This document shows positions 19,101 to 28,038 of a DNA stretch of 64,000 bases, piece after piece; the stretch's first letter is position 1, and every line of letters begins with the position of its first letter. The notes beneath the pieces are model-generated. The model did not search any database and was not told the DNA's origin. It saw only the letters and a list, made by a program, of their open reading frames with translations. Origin of the DNA: a virus (lineage: Duplodnaviria; Caudoviricetes); IMG/VR virus record IMGVR_UViG_3300021389_000018, positions 1,030-65,029 of that record, one strand, 5' to 3'. A program made the translations under genes and the position numbers.

Positions 19101-20873
19101 GTTTGTAGATATAATGTTTGTAGGCTTTACCGCATCTTTAAAGAATTCAAAAGGCTCTAGTTCGACATACTGCATATCTAGCCTAAGATAGTCTTGAGTA
19201 TTAGTGGTAAAAAACTTCATTTTAGCTGTACCCTGGAAAGCCCCCTTTTCGCTAACTGCGTTGAGTAGCTGATGCTGTAAAATGCTTAACCTTCGAACAC
19301 CAGTAGTTGGATTTAAAAACAAATCAAATGTCTTGCTCGTAAGCCTGTTTTCTACTAGCGTTCTAATTCCAGCAACGTTGGTAGCGGTAGCTACATTTAT
19401 AGTCTCCCTGACATACAAACCTTCAGTACGCATAGTCATAGCAGGAGTCCAACCTAATGGGAAAGTCCAAAAACTATATTGATTTAAATAAGCATAAAGT
19501 ACTTGGCTAAAGAAACTTTGTCCTCTTATTCTTTCAACATTTATTGTATCTGTCTCTACAGTTCTTGTGTCGTCACGTCTTTCATACTCTATTTCTAACG
19601 TGCCATCATCTAGGTCTATATTTTCGTCACCGTAGTTAGCTCCTCCAATATGAACATCGTCCATATCTACTACAAAATTTAATAAAATCTTAGATCCAGC
19701 ATCTATAGTTGAAGGAAGGCTAGAGTAATCAAATATTAAAAAAGGTCTAGCTAATTCAGCTGTTGAAAGAGGCTCTCTTACAGTTACATCAATAGAATAT
19801 ATATCTTCTTTTTTGTGATAATTCGCTACAAGTTCAGCGTCCGTATCTACGTTTTCGTAACCTTCAGTATAGTTACCGTACATCAATCTTCCCCCTACAA
19901 AAGCCTGCGCTCTAGCCAGTTGAGGTACATTGTCATAAGTCTTGTTTAGCTCTGTATCAGATAACGCTTTACCAATCGTATCGTTTCTAAAATTAATTGT
20001 TCTAGAATTAGTATTAGCGTCATTATTCTCAATCTTTGCTACCTCATAAAAAGCTCCTTCATCTCCCTCTCTAGCGTATAGTAGGATGTGCTTTACATCA
20101 GCGACTGTATTCTTTACGAATACATTTATTTGGTTAAAAAAGTTTTTAGACCCATCATCAATAAACCCGTACTTAAGCTGATTTGATGCAAATGCAAGAG
20201 TACTATATGGGGATAGAGCTGAATGTTCACCATCACGATAAACATACTTGTAGGCAAACTGAAAACTTTTTTCATTTATCAAGTTGTACTTGTAAGATGG
20301 ATTATTCACCAAATTATAAGAAGGTGGTGAAAGAGGCGGTTGTTTTGCTGCTGTTAACGAGAGTAATTTTTCTTCGTTTGTACCTACATAAAAAGAAGCA
20401 GGGTAATCAAAAGTCTCCAACCTGTTTATGTTAACCTTCATCGGTGGATTGACATTGTCTGTAAAATAGAGCAAAGTCTCCTCGTCCTGGTTAACTACTA
20501 CATCGCACTTTACGTACGATTCTTTTTGAAAATTTAAAACAGAACCAAAGTGTAGTCTTCTAAACTTATTTGTAGTGAGATCTATCTTGTAGATTCCGTG
20601 GTTATTATTTGAATTCCATAATAAGAAAAGAACTTCTTTGTTTTTCTCATTTGCTACAGAACCTATAACTCTATTCTCTCCACTTGGTATAATATCAGCG
20701 CTTCCCTTGCCAGTGATTGCTGTAGTTCCTTTGACATTTTTAACTACACCGTAAGTACCCTCGTCATCGTTACTTATTCTAACGTTGAGGTTATCTGTCA
20801 TTTCAACAGACTTTATAAGCTTCTGGTCAGTATCTGAAGTTAAATACTGAGGTATGAGTTTGTCAATAGCCAT
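16158..20873 (-). CDS. tail stabilization/nozzle protein (crAss-like; P22 gp10/T7 gp12 analogue)
   Basis: 1571 aa, beta-rich; LYFTDNVNPPMKVNI, FQFAYKYVY, RLMYGNYTEGY, GSSGNPES and YYTDAKAGKVIRIS motifs of crAss-like tail proteins. Confidence 0.8.
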   Translation of the reverse strand: MAIDKLIPQYLTSDTDQKLIKSVEMTDNLNVRISNDDEGTYGVVKNVKGTTAITGKGSADIIPSGENRVIGSVANEKNKEVLFLLWNSNNNHGIYKIDLTTNKFRRLHFGSVLNFQKESYVKCDVVVNQDEETLLYFTDNVNPPMKVNINRLETFDYPASFYVGTNEEKLLSLTAAKQPPLSPPSYNLVNNPSYKYNLINEKSFQFAYKYVYRDGEHSALSPYSTLAFASNQLKYGFIDDGSKNFFNQINVFVKNTVADVKHILLYAREGDEGAFYEVAKIENNDANTNSRTINFRNDTIGKALSDTELNKTYDNVPQLARAQAFVGGRLMYGNYTEGYENVDTDAELVANYHKKEDIYSIDVTVREPLSTAELARPFLIFDYSSLPSTIDAGSKILLNFVVDMDDVHIGGANYGDENIDLDDGTLEIEYERRDDTRTVETDTINVERIRGQSFFSQVLYAYLNQYSFWTFPLGWTPAMTMRTEGLYVRETINVATATNVAGIRTLVENRLTSKTFDLFLNPTTGVRRLSILQHQLLNAVSEKGAFQGTAKMKFFTTNTQDYLRLDMQYVELEPFEFFKDAVKPTNIISTNRFKLDVFSGTRQATPYFNDVEIVSGAVGVFKSLDGYRSFKSGASHRMGIAYLDDRGRASGVQELGSAFIEKLNKRGGENDLYGHSSVVMRLKHSAPSWAKKWLPVYTGIGSEELKFMYGVNGAFVPINNVERSTSLDNKNKIYISVNSIFGENGYNKTFGADLEYKYEKGDRLRVISYEGNQRYTDEFKVIGFERLTKDVTSNPILDKVNEDAISITSGDFIIVEDNGVFPFSYSSVLNNNSKWFQKCIVEVFRPLKQTTEAIYYDMGKVYDVTSGSHVGERDGNTVQLTLETGDSINPLVFHSSKQLFKGDVISQSGKSITVGNVYESDVVAGKYRAYGTTTSTLNATDFLNVTYTVDNPDTVVSLVEGDVYLRPRILYVSNKQIDNISYKGAGSTPSVVDFTEDYSICDFFNSKNRSTGKPYSYIPDAKTMRRLSSVTYSDAFVADSDNLGLSSFNLSLANWSDLDVSYGQIDALVPRGDALTVLQDSKASQLPIGRNLIEYSSGQKGVSVSTNVLGTASYYAGDYGSSGNPESVVERFGVLYYTDAKAGKVIRISADGITPISEKGMSSFFENRFKSLLENSTNPMVIGGFDPDNDEYIVSIEGTNASTVSVGDTDFDLPTDSAGNIVLNPTYTSQTILWNLFGSNWDEFCGDWDDVGNGIVFLDNVLQTNGVLVDVSFVGSSSTIDIVLTDSSYSFTIIAQLNLSTGVLTIPSTTCTGTAVTIGSSSSSSGSTTIAYKHKEGVWGSKYSFVPSNYVHINNTMYSFFENGGSIVWEHNANDTRNNFYGTQYTSMFESVSNYNPSMIKVFESIGIEGNGTWTSVVNTSDQRTNISEYDVREGNRYAMIPRDTLVSTSHKIFIGIVESVTGNNIKFTTPVNRLPFVVGDTLKTASGSTITSLGVDVSSLVDRKTIECTSAPTVNAGDHVLVEHSASVDGDPMRDVFLKIKMESSDTSPFEVHALSVSYDRSMLHNDRVN

Positions 20874-20876
20874 ATA

Positions 20877-21689
20877 TTAACCTTTAGGGCTTTGCTTAAA
20901 GTTCTTTCTGATTGTCTTAAGTGCCTCCTCTTTAGTAAAGGATTTAAGTCTAGCATTAGCCAATCGTTTTTCATTGTAATACTCCTGTCTAGCTCTCATC
21001 TTCTCTGCCATAGGCACGTTAGATTTACGCTCAACAAGCCTATAGTATATGTATGATCTTAATGCGTTTTCCGCATATACGTGTACGCTTGGATTGTTGC
21101 TTCTCGCCTCATCAGCAATGTATTCAATAACCACTTCGGAATATCCAGCTGTGCTAAAAAGCTCAATTCTGTTTTGCTCGTAATTGATACGGAATTCACC
21201 AGAATACTTACCGCCTCCAATCCCATAAGCACGACCTATGTTCCCCTCGTATAAGAAGTTTCTAAATGTGTAGCTTTCGTAATCAGAAAGAGAGGCTCTT
21301 GCAGCGGCTCCTCCTTTAGCGTCTACACGATCAAATACTCCATCGTTATCAGAATCTATAGGATTGTTGTTAGCGTCTAATACGTACTTCATAGACATAT
21401 TCTGATTCTTGTTTTCTCCAAAAACATATATCAAACCGTCTCCACCAACAATACCTATTTTAGTGTAATCAACAAAGTCATCAGGAAGCTCAACGGTGTC
21501 GTTTGCAGTATCTACAGTAAGCTTTAGGGATTTGATTCTTTTCATCATATCAAAACCCATCTCACGAATACCTCTTAGAGCATAATTTCTAGCAACAACG
21601 CCATTTACATTGTTAACATAGTCGTCACCATCAGCGGTGAGCATAAAGTCGTTTACTATTTGTTCTACTGAAACTGTATCTCTAGCCAT
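20877..21689 (-). CDS. tail ring/adaptor structural protein
   Basis: VELPDDFVDYTKIG and VVIEYIAD motifs; position between capsid and tail genes. Confidence 0.7.
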   Translation of the reverse strand: MARDTVSVEQIVNDFMLTADGDDYVNNVNGVVARNYALRGIREMGFDMMKRIKSLKLTVDTANDTVELPDDFVDYTKIGIVGGDGLIYVFGENKNQNMSMKYVLDANNNPIDSDNDGVFDRVDAKGGAAARASLSDYESYTFRNFLYEGNIGRAYGIGGGKYSGEFRINYEQNRIELFSTAGYSEVVIEYIADEARSNNPSVHVYAENALRSYIYYRLVERKSNVPMAEKMRARQEYYNEKRLANARLKSFTKEEALKTIRKNFKQSPKG

Positions 21690-21692
21690 TTC

Positions 21693-22433
21693 TTACTGCT
21701 TTTGTTGTTGTGCCTCTCCGGTAGTATAAGCAAATACGTCTTGGTCACGAAGATTGATGCCAACCATCTTGCCAATCTCCAATACTAGAGTCGGTATGTA
21801 GTGGTCTGGAAGTTCAAAATCTACAGAAGTAGTAGGGTCAAACACCTCGTTTGATCCACCAAGGTTTGTAGCGTTATATCTAGGTGACGAAGGTGTTCTA
21901 GCGCCCGTGCTTACATTTCTCCCTTCAGGATACTTATAGTATTTTACTTTAATTCTTTTTACAGATGTAGGAAAGACCTCAATGTCATTTGTTACTATTC
22001 CTACAGGATGTGTCTGACTTGGAGCCGATAAATCAGATTGTAAAATATATTCAATCTTAGATTCATCATAAAGGACATCAATAACTGTTGATGTTGAAGT
22101 ACCAAAAACGTAAGAACCAGATGTTCTCATTGCTATAATTCTTGATAGATCATCAGGCTTTGCAAATACTCCGTTTGCTTGAGCGATAGTACTTTCTTTT
22201 GAGAAGTATGATAAATCCTCTTCTATACGCTTGATGTAGGATTGATGCGATTTTGCATCAACATTCCTAGCACGAAAAGTTTGCGCCTTAGTCAACTCAT
22301 TGAATAGGTCGTTAAATATCTTGTTCTGTGCGATTGTAGTAAAGGTGTTAAACACTTTTGGAGTGATAAAACCACGCTCATCTTTATTCGCCAGATTTTT
22401 TAGTGCTGAATAAACTTCGTTTACAGATGCCAT
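21693..22433 (-). CDS. tail ring/head-tail connector protein
   Basis: LANKDERGFITPKVFN...YYKYP...VDFELP motif; position. Confidence 0.7.
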   Translation of the reverse strand: MASVNEVYSALKNLANKDERGFITPKVFNTFTTIAQNKIFNDLFNELTKAQTFRARNVDAKSHQSYIKRIEEDLSYFSKESTIAQANGVFAKPDDLSRIIAMRTSGSYVFGTSTSTVIDVLYDESKIEYILQSDLSAPSQTHPVGIVTNDIEVFPTSVKRIKVKYYKYPEGRNVSTGARTPSSPRYNATNLGGSNEVFDPTTSVDFELPDHYIPTLVLEIGKMVGINLRDQDVFAYTTGEAQQQKQ

Positions 22434-22452
22434 AATAATTCTGTTCTATGCA

Positions 22453-22495
22453 CAAAGATACAAAAAAGAAGGGGCTGCATTTCTGCAACCCCCTC
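22453..22495 (-). promoter_or_regulatory. intrinsic terminator (GAAA loop) immediately followed by -7 box TATCTTTG
   Basis: Minus strand reads GGGGTTGCA-GAAA-TGCAGCCCC-TTCTTTTTTG-TATCTTTG. Confidence 0.7.
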
Positions 22496-22519
22496 TTACA
22501 TAGTAACTTATAAGTTACT

Positions 22520-23362
22520 CTAGATTTTTGATAACTGATTCTCTATTTCTTCAAGTACCAATGCTCCTTTTTCTGAGAGGCAGTATCTTGTTGCAATGTC
22601 AACAGTATCTTGTCCGGCTGGTGTAGCCACAATCAATCTATTGCTATCGTACCATTTTAATCCATCGTTATCAACTCGTAATATTTGGAAGTCTACAGCG
22701 CTTATAATCGTGCTTTTGACTTTAACTACAGGGTTGTCAAACATCTCAATAAATCTTTTTGGATTAGACTTAGCTTGCATTAAAAGCTCACGTTTAATCT
22801 CCATATTTCTTTGATTTGTATCGATGCCTAAGTACATAGCTACAGGAAGTAACTCATCAATAGACTTGTCACGAACCATACCTACAGCATCAAGCATAAT
22901 AAACTCCTTATCAAGCTCTACAGTAGCTTTCTTTTCTGTATCTACTAGGTTAAATACCTTGCCTCCATTAGCAACATTGTCTGGATGAAGATCTAAATAC
23001 TTCTGTAGATTCGGTTTAGTGTAGGGTACTAAAATGTTTTTTTGAATAAAAGCAACTTGCTCACGAATAATGTTTTCTCCCTGCTCGTCTGCCCATACAG
23101 ACATTTCATTTGGAGAATAACGTAGTTGACGCACTTTCTGTGTTTCCTGGTCAAATACAGTGATGTTGTTTTGCTTTAGTTTATACCAGATACCACCGCC
23201 TTTAGTAATAGTATATACTTTATCCTTTTTAGAGTCATCTACTAATTGTCTTTTTACTTTAGTAGAAGAGGAAGCTATAGTTGATACTGGTGCTGCTTTA
23301 GGTGCAGACTTTGGTGTGTTAGAACTGGTCGTGCCAGTTGTTTTTTTAGCAGTTGTTGCCAT
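22520..23362 (-). CDS. conserved protein downstream of the major capsid gene (function unknown)
   Basis: 280-aa ORF with low-complexity N-terminus and QLRYSPNE / LQKYLDLHP motifs; position. Confidence 0.65.
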   Translation of the reverse strand: MATTAKKTTGTTSSNTPKSAPKAAPVSTIASSSTKVKRQLVDDSKKDKVYTITKGGGIWYKLKQNNITVFDQETQKVRQLRYSPNEMSVWADEQGENIIREQVAFIQKNILVPYTKPNLQKYLDLHPDNVANGGKVFNLVDTEKKATVELDKEFIMLDAVGMVRDKSIDELLPVAMYLGIDTNQRNMEIKRELLMQAKSNPKRFIEMFDNPVVKVKSTIISAVDFQILRVDNDGLKWYDSNRLIVATPAGQDTVDIATRYCLSEKGALVLEEIENQLSKI

Positions 23363-23385
23363 TTTATTATGTATTAAATAGAATT

Positions 23386-23417
23386 AAAAAAAAAAGGAAG
23401 GGGGCGAACCCCCTCCC
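23386..23417 (-). terminator. intrinsic terminator after the major capsid gene
   Basis: GGGAGGGGG-TTCG-CCCCCTTCC followed by T10 on the minus strand. Confidence 0.85.
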
Positions 23418-23431
23418 AATATAAGCTATGC

Positions 23432-24784
23432 TTACGCCTTAATTAACATATGACGGTTAGCAGCACGAGTGATTAAGTTACACTCAGAACGGTAGTGGAA
23501 TTCCACGTTATCCTTAGTTGCGTTAGACGCACCAAGAACAGAACCGATCATCCAGTGTTCCATTTCACGAGAGTAGCCGTTAGCAGCTTTGTAGTTCATT
23601 TCCAAAGCTGGAGCTTTCTCACCAGTCTTAGCATCAGCGACCTGAGTCATTGGTACAGCAACACCGTAGAAGTCTGAATCAGCCAACAATGTTGGGTCAT
23701 TCAACAATTTCCAGTCGTGCTTGTGGAATGTGTAACCACCACGAGCGAATGAGCGGAATCCTAAAGTCAAAGCAGTATCTGAACTGTTGTTGAAGCTACC
23801 AAATGCAGCAGCACCGACAGTAGTCGCAGAAGTACCAGAAGCTAATTGACCAGCAGCCAACATATCATCGATAGCTAAGTCTTGCGCACGGTTTACGTAA
23901 AGAGCGTACTCAGAAGCAGCACCTTCTTTATCAAATACCTTAACGATGTCATCAACCTCACCGATTGTGTTGATAAGACCAGACTGTACGATACCACGGT
24001 CTTCGATAGCAGCGAAGTAACCTTCAGAACCATCAATATCAGTAATACCAGAAGCAGTTACTTTCTCACCCAATAACATCATCATTTCACGCTTGTCCAT
24101 AAAGCGCTGACGAGTATCACCTTCTGATTTCAAGTACCAGCGGTAGTCACCGTTACCCAAGTTGATCCAACCGATGTTGGTAGCTTGAGAACCAGTTACG
24201 CTGTATACCTCTTTCATAATCATAAAAGGATTCGTGCGCTTAGTGATACCGCTTTCGATGAACTCACCTGGTTGATCAGAACCTTGAGAGTACAAGTTAC
24301 CAATAACCGGTACAGAAGCAGAAGCGTTCAATGAAGCAGCAGAGAAACCGTCAGAGCTTAATGCAGTAAGAGTGATAGCAGCACTAGAGATGCCTGTTAC
24401 CAAAGCACGCTCAGAACCATTAACCAATACTACGTCTTGTAAGCGAACGATTACAGCAGCAGCAGAAGCAGCAGTTAAAACTACAGTTGCGTCAGCAGCA
24501 GTGATAGCAGCCATAGAACCAGCTTGCTTCTTGTGTAGACGCTCTTCTTCCCAGTACTGTACTTCATCGTTAGTAGCAACTGCTTTAGTAGCACCTACTA
24601 ATTGAAGAAATCCAGTGATACCTTGATTTCCGTAAGTCTTAATAAGAGCATCACGGTTGTCTGGTTTGTTAACCAAGTCATACAACGAAATATATTTCGC
24701 TGCGTCTAATTTTTGCAACTCAAAGTTGTTGCCAGCAGGGTTAGAACCAGCCAACCCATACGTTACATTTCCTAATGTAGCCAT
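23432..24784 (-). CDS. major capsid protein (HK97 fold, crAss-related flavophage type)
   Basis: 450 aa; YGNQGITGFLQLVGA, WEEERLH, GSEGYFAAIEDRG, LGFRSFARGGYTFHKHDWKLLNDPT; follows an acidic scaffold gene and precedes a strong terminator. Confidence 0.85.
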   Translation of the reverse strand: MATLGNVTYGLAGSNPAGNNFELQKLDAAKYISLYDLVNKPDNRDALIKTYGNQGITGFLQLVGATKAVATNDEVQYWEEERLHKKQAGSMAAITAADATVVLTAASAAAVIVRLQDVVLVNGSERALVTGISSAAITLTALSSDGFSAASLNASASVPVIGNLYSQGSDQPGEFIESGITKRTNPFMIMKEVYSVTGSQATNIGWINLGNGDYRWYLKSEGDTRQRFMDKREMMMLLGEKVTASGITDIDGSEGYFAAIEDRGIVQSGLINTIGEVDDIVKVFDKEGAASEYALYVNRAQDLAIDDMLAAGQLASGTSATTVGAAAFGSFNNSSDTALTLGFRSFARGGYTFHKHDWKLLNDPTLLADSDFYGVAVPMTQVADAKTGEKAPALEMNYKAANGYSREMEHWMIGSVLGASNATKDNVEFHYRSECNLITRAANRHMLIKA

Positions 24785-24797
24785 TTTGTTTTATTTT

Positions 24798-25895
24798 TTA
24801 AATCTTGAACGTAAGTCCGTTATCGTTTAATCCGAGAGCTTGACGTACTTGATCTTCTATACTTGGAACATTACCATTACCATCCGTGTTCTGACTTGGT
24901 TGCGATGCTTGCACATTAGCAGCCTTGTTTACTAGTCCACGCTGTCCTTCTCCAATGCCTTGCTGATAAGCTGTCTTAACAATCGTTTCGATGTTATCTA
25001 AAACAGCTTGATGCATATTCCATTTTTCAAAGTCCCAGTTTCCGGTGGTGTCCACGTAAGAAGAGAAAAAGTCTTCAATATTCTCGTTTTTAGACTTGAG
25101 CTGAGATCTGTAGCTATCTTCAAGTCCGAATGTAAACGCCTTGTCTTTTGCCACCTCAAACTCGATACCCTCCAGGGCATCAACTTCGGCAGACATATTG
25201 CTTAACCATTCTTCATTTACGATACCTTCTACTTCTTCTTGAGGCTGATCCTGTCTTACAGGGGCAGCATACTGAGAGCGTAGAGACTCAATATCTTGTC
25301 TAGCTTTGTCTGCATCCATTTTAAGCTGAATCTGCGCTAAACGAACTTCACTATCATCGTACAAATCTGCGTCCAGTTTGTATTTGTTATCAATGAGTAG
25401 ATTTAAATCGCTATCAGACAAATCACCATACTGACTCTTAAGTTGATTCTTGACCGCACTAACATCATCCATTTCGGATGGATTCATAGCTTGGTAAGCG
25501 AACCAGTCTTGAGGGTCACGACCTGTCTGTCTAACGAATTCGTTGATTGCAGCTACACGCTCATCAATTTCTACAGACGTATTTTGAGTTCCTCCGATTT
25601 CATCAAAACTACTTACTTCTCTACCCAGCCTTTCGCTTAAGTACTGAAGCATTGTAGATTCTAGTTCCTCATCGGAAATCTCTTCTTCTTGTAAAGAACT
25701 TTGAGGCGGTGTTTCTACAGGCGCCTCTTCCTGTTGTATTTCTTGTACAGCTTCCTCTACAGGAGCTTCTTGAGGTTGTTCTACTTCCTGCGTAGGCTGT
25801 TCCTCGTTTACGGTTTCTGCGGTTGGAGCTTCGTCTGAAATAGACATACCCATATCACCAACCAATGATTCTAAATCTCTGTTTAAATCGCTCAT
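24798..25895 (-). CDS. capsid scaffolding protein
   Basis: Highly acidic E/Q/P-rich N-terminus with helical core, directly upstream of the capsid gene. Confidence 0.7.
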   Translation of the reverse strand: MSDLNRDLESLVGDMGMSISDEAPTAETVNEEQPTQEVEQPQEAPVEEAVQEIQQEEAPVETPPQSSLQEEEISDEELESTMLQYLSERLGREVSSFDEIGGTQNTSVEIDERVAAINEFVRQTGRDPQDWFAYQAMNPSEMDDVSAVKNQLKSQYGDLSDSDLNLLIDNKYKLDADLYDDSEVRLAQIQLKMDADKARQDIESLRSQYAAPVRQDQPQEEVEGIVNEEWLSNMSAEVDALEGIEFEVAKDKAFTFGLEDSYRSQLKSKNENIEDFFSSYVDTTGNWDFEKWNMHQAVLDNIETIVKTAYQQGIGEGQRGLVNKAANVQASQPSQNTDGNGNVPSIEDQVRQALGLNDNGLTFKI

Positions 25896-25920
25896 TGTTA
25901 TATAAATTCAATTAATGTTA

Positions 25921-25962
25921 CAAAATTAAATAAAAAAGGGATACAGTTTCCCGTACCCCTTT
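25921..25962 (-). promoter_or_regulatory. terminator hairpin followed by -7 box TAATTTTG upstream of scaffold/capsid genes
   Basis: Imperfect hairpin plus T-tract at 25932-25962; plus strand CAAAATTA at 25921-25928. Confidence 0.6.
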
Positions 25963-25980
25963 GTAACACAGTGTGTTAAA

Positions 25981-26370
25981 CTACTTTCTGTAACGACTTA
26001 CTTTTTTAGCGATACTTTTAGGTTGTCTAACAAACTGTTTTCCTTTTTTGTTACCCGCTGCTTTAGCTCTATTAGTAGCTCTTTTCTCTGCCGGACTTAA
26101 CGCTTTCCAAGCTGCATCTGGTAAGTAACGCTTTTTGCCCTCTGACTTGCTTCCGTCTGAGGTTCTCCACTTTTGCTTACTCCATTTGCTTAGGCTGTTA
26201 GACGATTTCTTTGCCCCACTATAACCGCCTCCTGATTTTTTATAACGCTTAGTAGCAAGCTGTGCTTTACGAGCTGACCATTGCCCAGGTCTTCCTCCTT
26301 TTGACCCAGCCTTGACCGCTGCTACAATACGTTTCCACTTACCAGGATTTGATTTTTTTGCGCTACTCAT
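25981..26370 (-). CDS. highly basic protein (DUF5872-like), possible DNA-condensing/core protein
   Basis: GGRPGQWSARKAQL...KWSKQKWRT...RYLPDAAW; very K/R-rich. Confidence 0.7.
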   Translation of the reverse strand: MSSAKKSNPGKWKRIVAAVKAGSKGGRPGQWSARKAQLATKRYKKSGGGYSGAKKSSNSLSKWSKQKWRTSDGSKSEGKKRYLPDAAWKALSPAEKRATNRAKAAGNKKGKQFVRQPKSIAKKVSRYRK

Positions 26371-26379
26371 AATTTTTAT

Positions 26380-26481
26380 TTAGCTGCCACAGGCTTCACA
26401 ATCTTCGGGGTTCTCCATTGAACAGGTTGGCTGTTCTGCTGTTTCTAATTCGTTGACGAAATCTGCGAAACTGTCGCTCAT
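26380..26481 (-). CDS. unannotated 33-aa acidic peptide ending CSMENPEDCEACGS
   Basis: Translates to MSDSFADFVNELETAEQPTCSMENPEDCEACGS; AT-rich leader AAAAATT-ATG as for neighbouring genes; fills the intergenic gap. Confidence 0.7.
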   Translation of the reverse strand: MSDSFADFVNELETAEQPTCSMENPEDCEACGS

Positions 26482-26532
26482 AATTTTTGATGTAAAGAGT
26501 TAGTAAAAAAACGAACTGCTAAATTACAATTT

Positions 26533-27075
26533 TTATCTATGCTGATTAAAGTATCCTATGATCTCACTCTCCAATTTTGAGTCCATTAAATAATTACCAT
26601 CGTACTCTACACTAGTGAATGTATCCTCATCATCTTCTGTTATTTCAATCTTGTATTCTACATCATTGTAAACAACTTTAAAATACTCACTACGCTTTAT
26701 CATCTTGATATCTTCATTAGAATGAAAGACAGCCTCAACGTCTTTGTGGTCAAGCCCCGGTAAGTTTTTTAATCTACATACATAACGAGCGTAGTTATTG
26801 CCTTGAGTGTCCACTATGAAGTTTTCTTTTAACGTGGTCATTATGTAAAATTGCTGTTTCTTATCTAACCCCCCGTAATCAAATCTACCTGTAAATTTAA
26901 CTAGTGGGAAATCCATAATTACAGTTTTGACATCTTCGGATAACTCACCAAAGTCAACTTCTGATTTTACAGCTGAAGGCTTTGTGGGTTCTGAGTCGTA
27001 TGGCAACAACATAATGTCGTAATACAACTTTAGACCTATTTTGTCTTTTATATTTTTAGTCTTTGTCCGTTGCAT
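26533..27075 (-). CDS. hypothetical protein, last gene of the two-component operon
   Basis: 180-aa ORF overlapping the upstream gene; FIVDTQGNNYARY motif; start uncertain. Confidence 0.6.
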   Translation of the reverse strand: MQRTKTKNIKDKIGLKLYYDIMLLPYDSEPTKPSAVKSEVDFGELSEDVKTVIMDFPLVKFTGRFDYGGLDKKQQFYIMTTLKENFIVDTQGNNYARYVCRLKNLPGLDHKDVEAVFHSNEDIKMIKRSEYFKVVYNDVEYKIEITEDDEDTFTSVEYDGNYLMDSKLESEIIGYFNQHR

Positions 27076-27601
27076 ACTTTACACCCATAATTGTACCGAC
27101 TATACTAAAGGCATTAGTAAGCAGTATACCGAACATATTAGACCAAGTACTTCCTATGATTTGCGTATCTGTACCAGAGCCTATTGCCCAAGCGTACATA
27201 ACTGTAGTTAACACACCTACACCTACAATAACATATAAAGCAACCTTAACTATAGTGCTTATAAGCTCAAACTGTGTGCGCTTCTGCATTACCTCTAAAT
27301 CCTCTAATGCTTCGTCACGCAGCATCTTACTTTCTTCTAGTGAATTCTGAAGCTCTATAACTAAAGCTTCCTTAATTACAGCTGCCTCTTCAAGCTCTTT
27401 GTTTTGCTTCTGTACTTGCTTTGTTATCTGTAGTCTTTTCTTTCTAGAGGATATATCTTTACGCTTACACTCTTCAATGTATTCTTTAACAACAGGATCA
27501 GAGGTGTCTGAAAAAAGCTTAACGAAGTTTCCTTCTATATAAACCTTCTTAGCCTTAGCTTTTAGTATAGCCTCTTTTACTGTGTCCTTAGAACTTATCA
27601 T
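27056..27601 (-). CDS. coiled-coil protein with two C-terminal transmembrane helices
   Basis: Heptad-rich middle region; hydrophobic segments IVKVALYVIVGVGVLTTVMYAWAI and MFGILLTNAFSIVGTIMGV. Confidence 0.75.
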   Translation of the reverse strand: MISSKDTVKEAILKAKAKKVYIEGNFVKLFSDTSDPVVKEYIEECKRKDISSRKKRLQITKQVQKQNKELEEAAVIKEALVIELQNSLEESKMLRDEALEDLEVMQKRTQFELISTIVKVALYVIVGVGVLTTVMYAWAIGSGTDTQIIGSTWSNMFGILLTNAFSIVGTIMGVKYATDKD

Positions 27602-28038
27602 CTATATATTTTAAAGGAATTTGTTTTGTCTTTGTACCCCTTATAGTCTTCTTTAAATTCTTCTAAGCGTGGCTCAATGTCATCAGACTTAATAATCCAA
27701 AACTGTGCGCCTGCTTTCTTAGCTTTTTCTATTTCTTGTTTGTCATCAGAAGATGAGATAATACCAATGACACAGCCATTACCGTATTCAAAATTAATCT
27801 TGCGAATCATCTCAATACCATCAAAACTGCTGCCTATAATGTTGAGGTCTACGAATACACATTCGGGTTTCTCATCGTTAGGGTCATCGGGAAACCACTC
27901 TTTAAATTTTTTATCTGCTTCATCAGAAGAGTCTAGAGCCTCTAATGAAAGCGTTATATCAAGGATGCTACACGCATCTTCAAATACCAAGTGGAATAGG
28001 TCTTCATCGTCTATAAGTAGTATAGAGTTTATCATCAT
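27598..28038 (-). CDS. single-domain response regulator (CheY-like receiver)
   Basis: ILLIDDE acidic pocket, CVFVDLN phosphoacceptor Asp, FDGIEM, IISSS, GAQFWIIKS (conserved Lys); no output domain. Confidence 0.92.
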   Translation of the reverse strand: MMINSILLIDDEDLFHLVFEDACSILDITLSLEALDSSDEADKKFKEWFPDDPNDEKPECVFVDLNIIGSSFDGIEMIRKINFEYGNGCVIGIISSSDDKQEIEKAKKAGAQFWIIKSDDIEPRLEEFKEDYKGYKDKTNSFKIYR

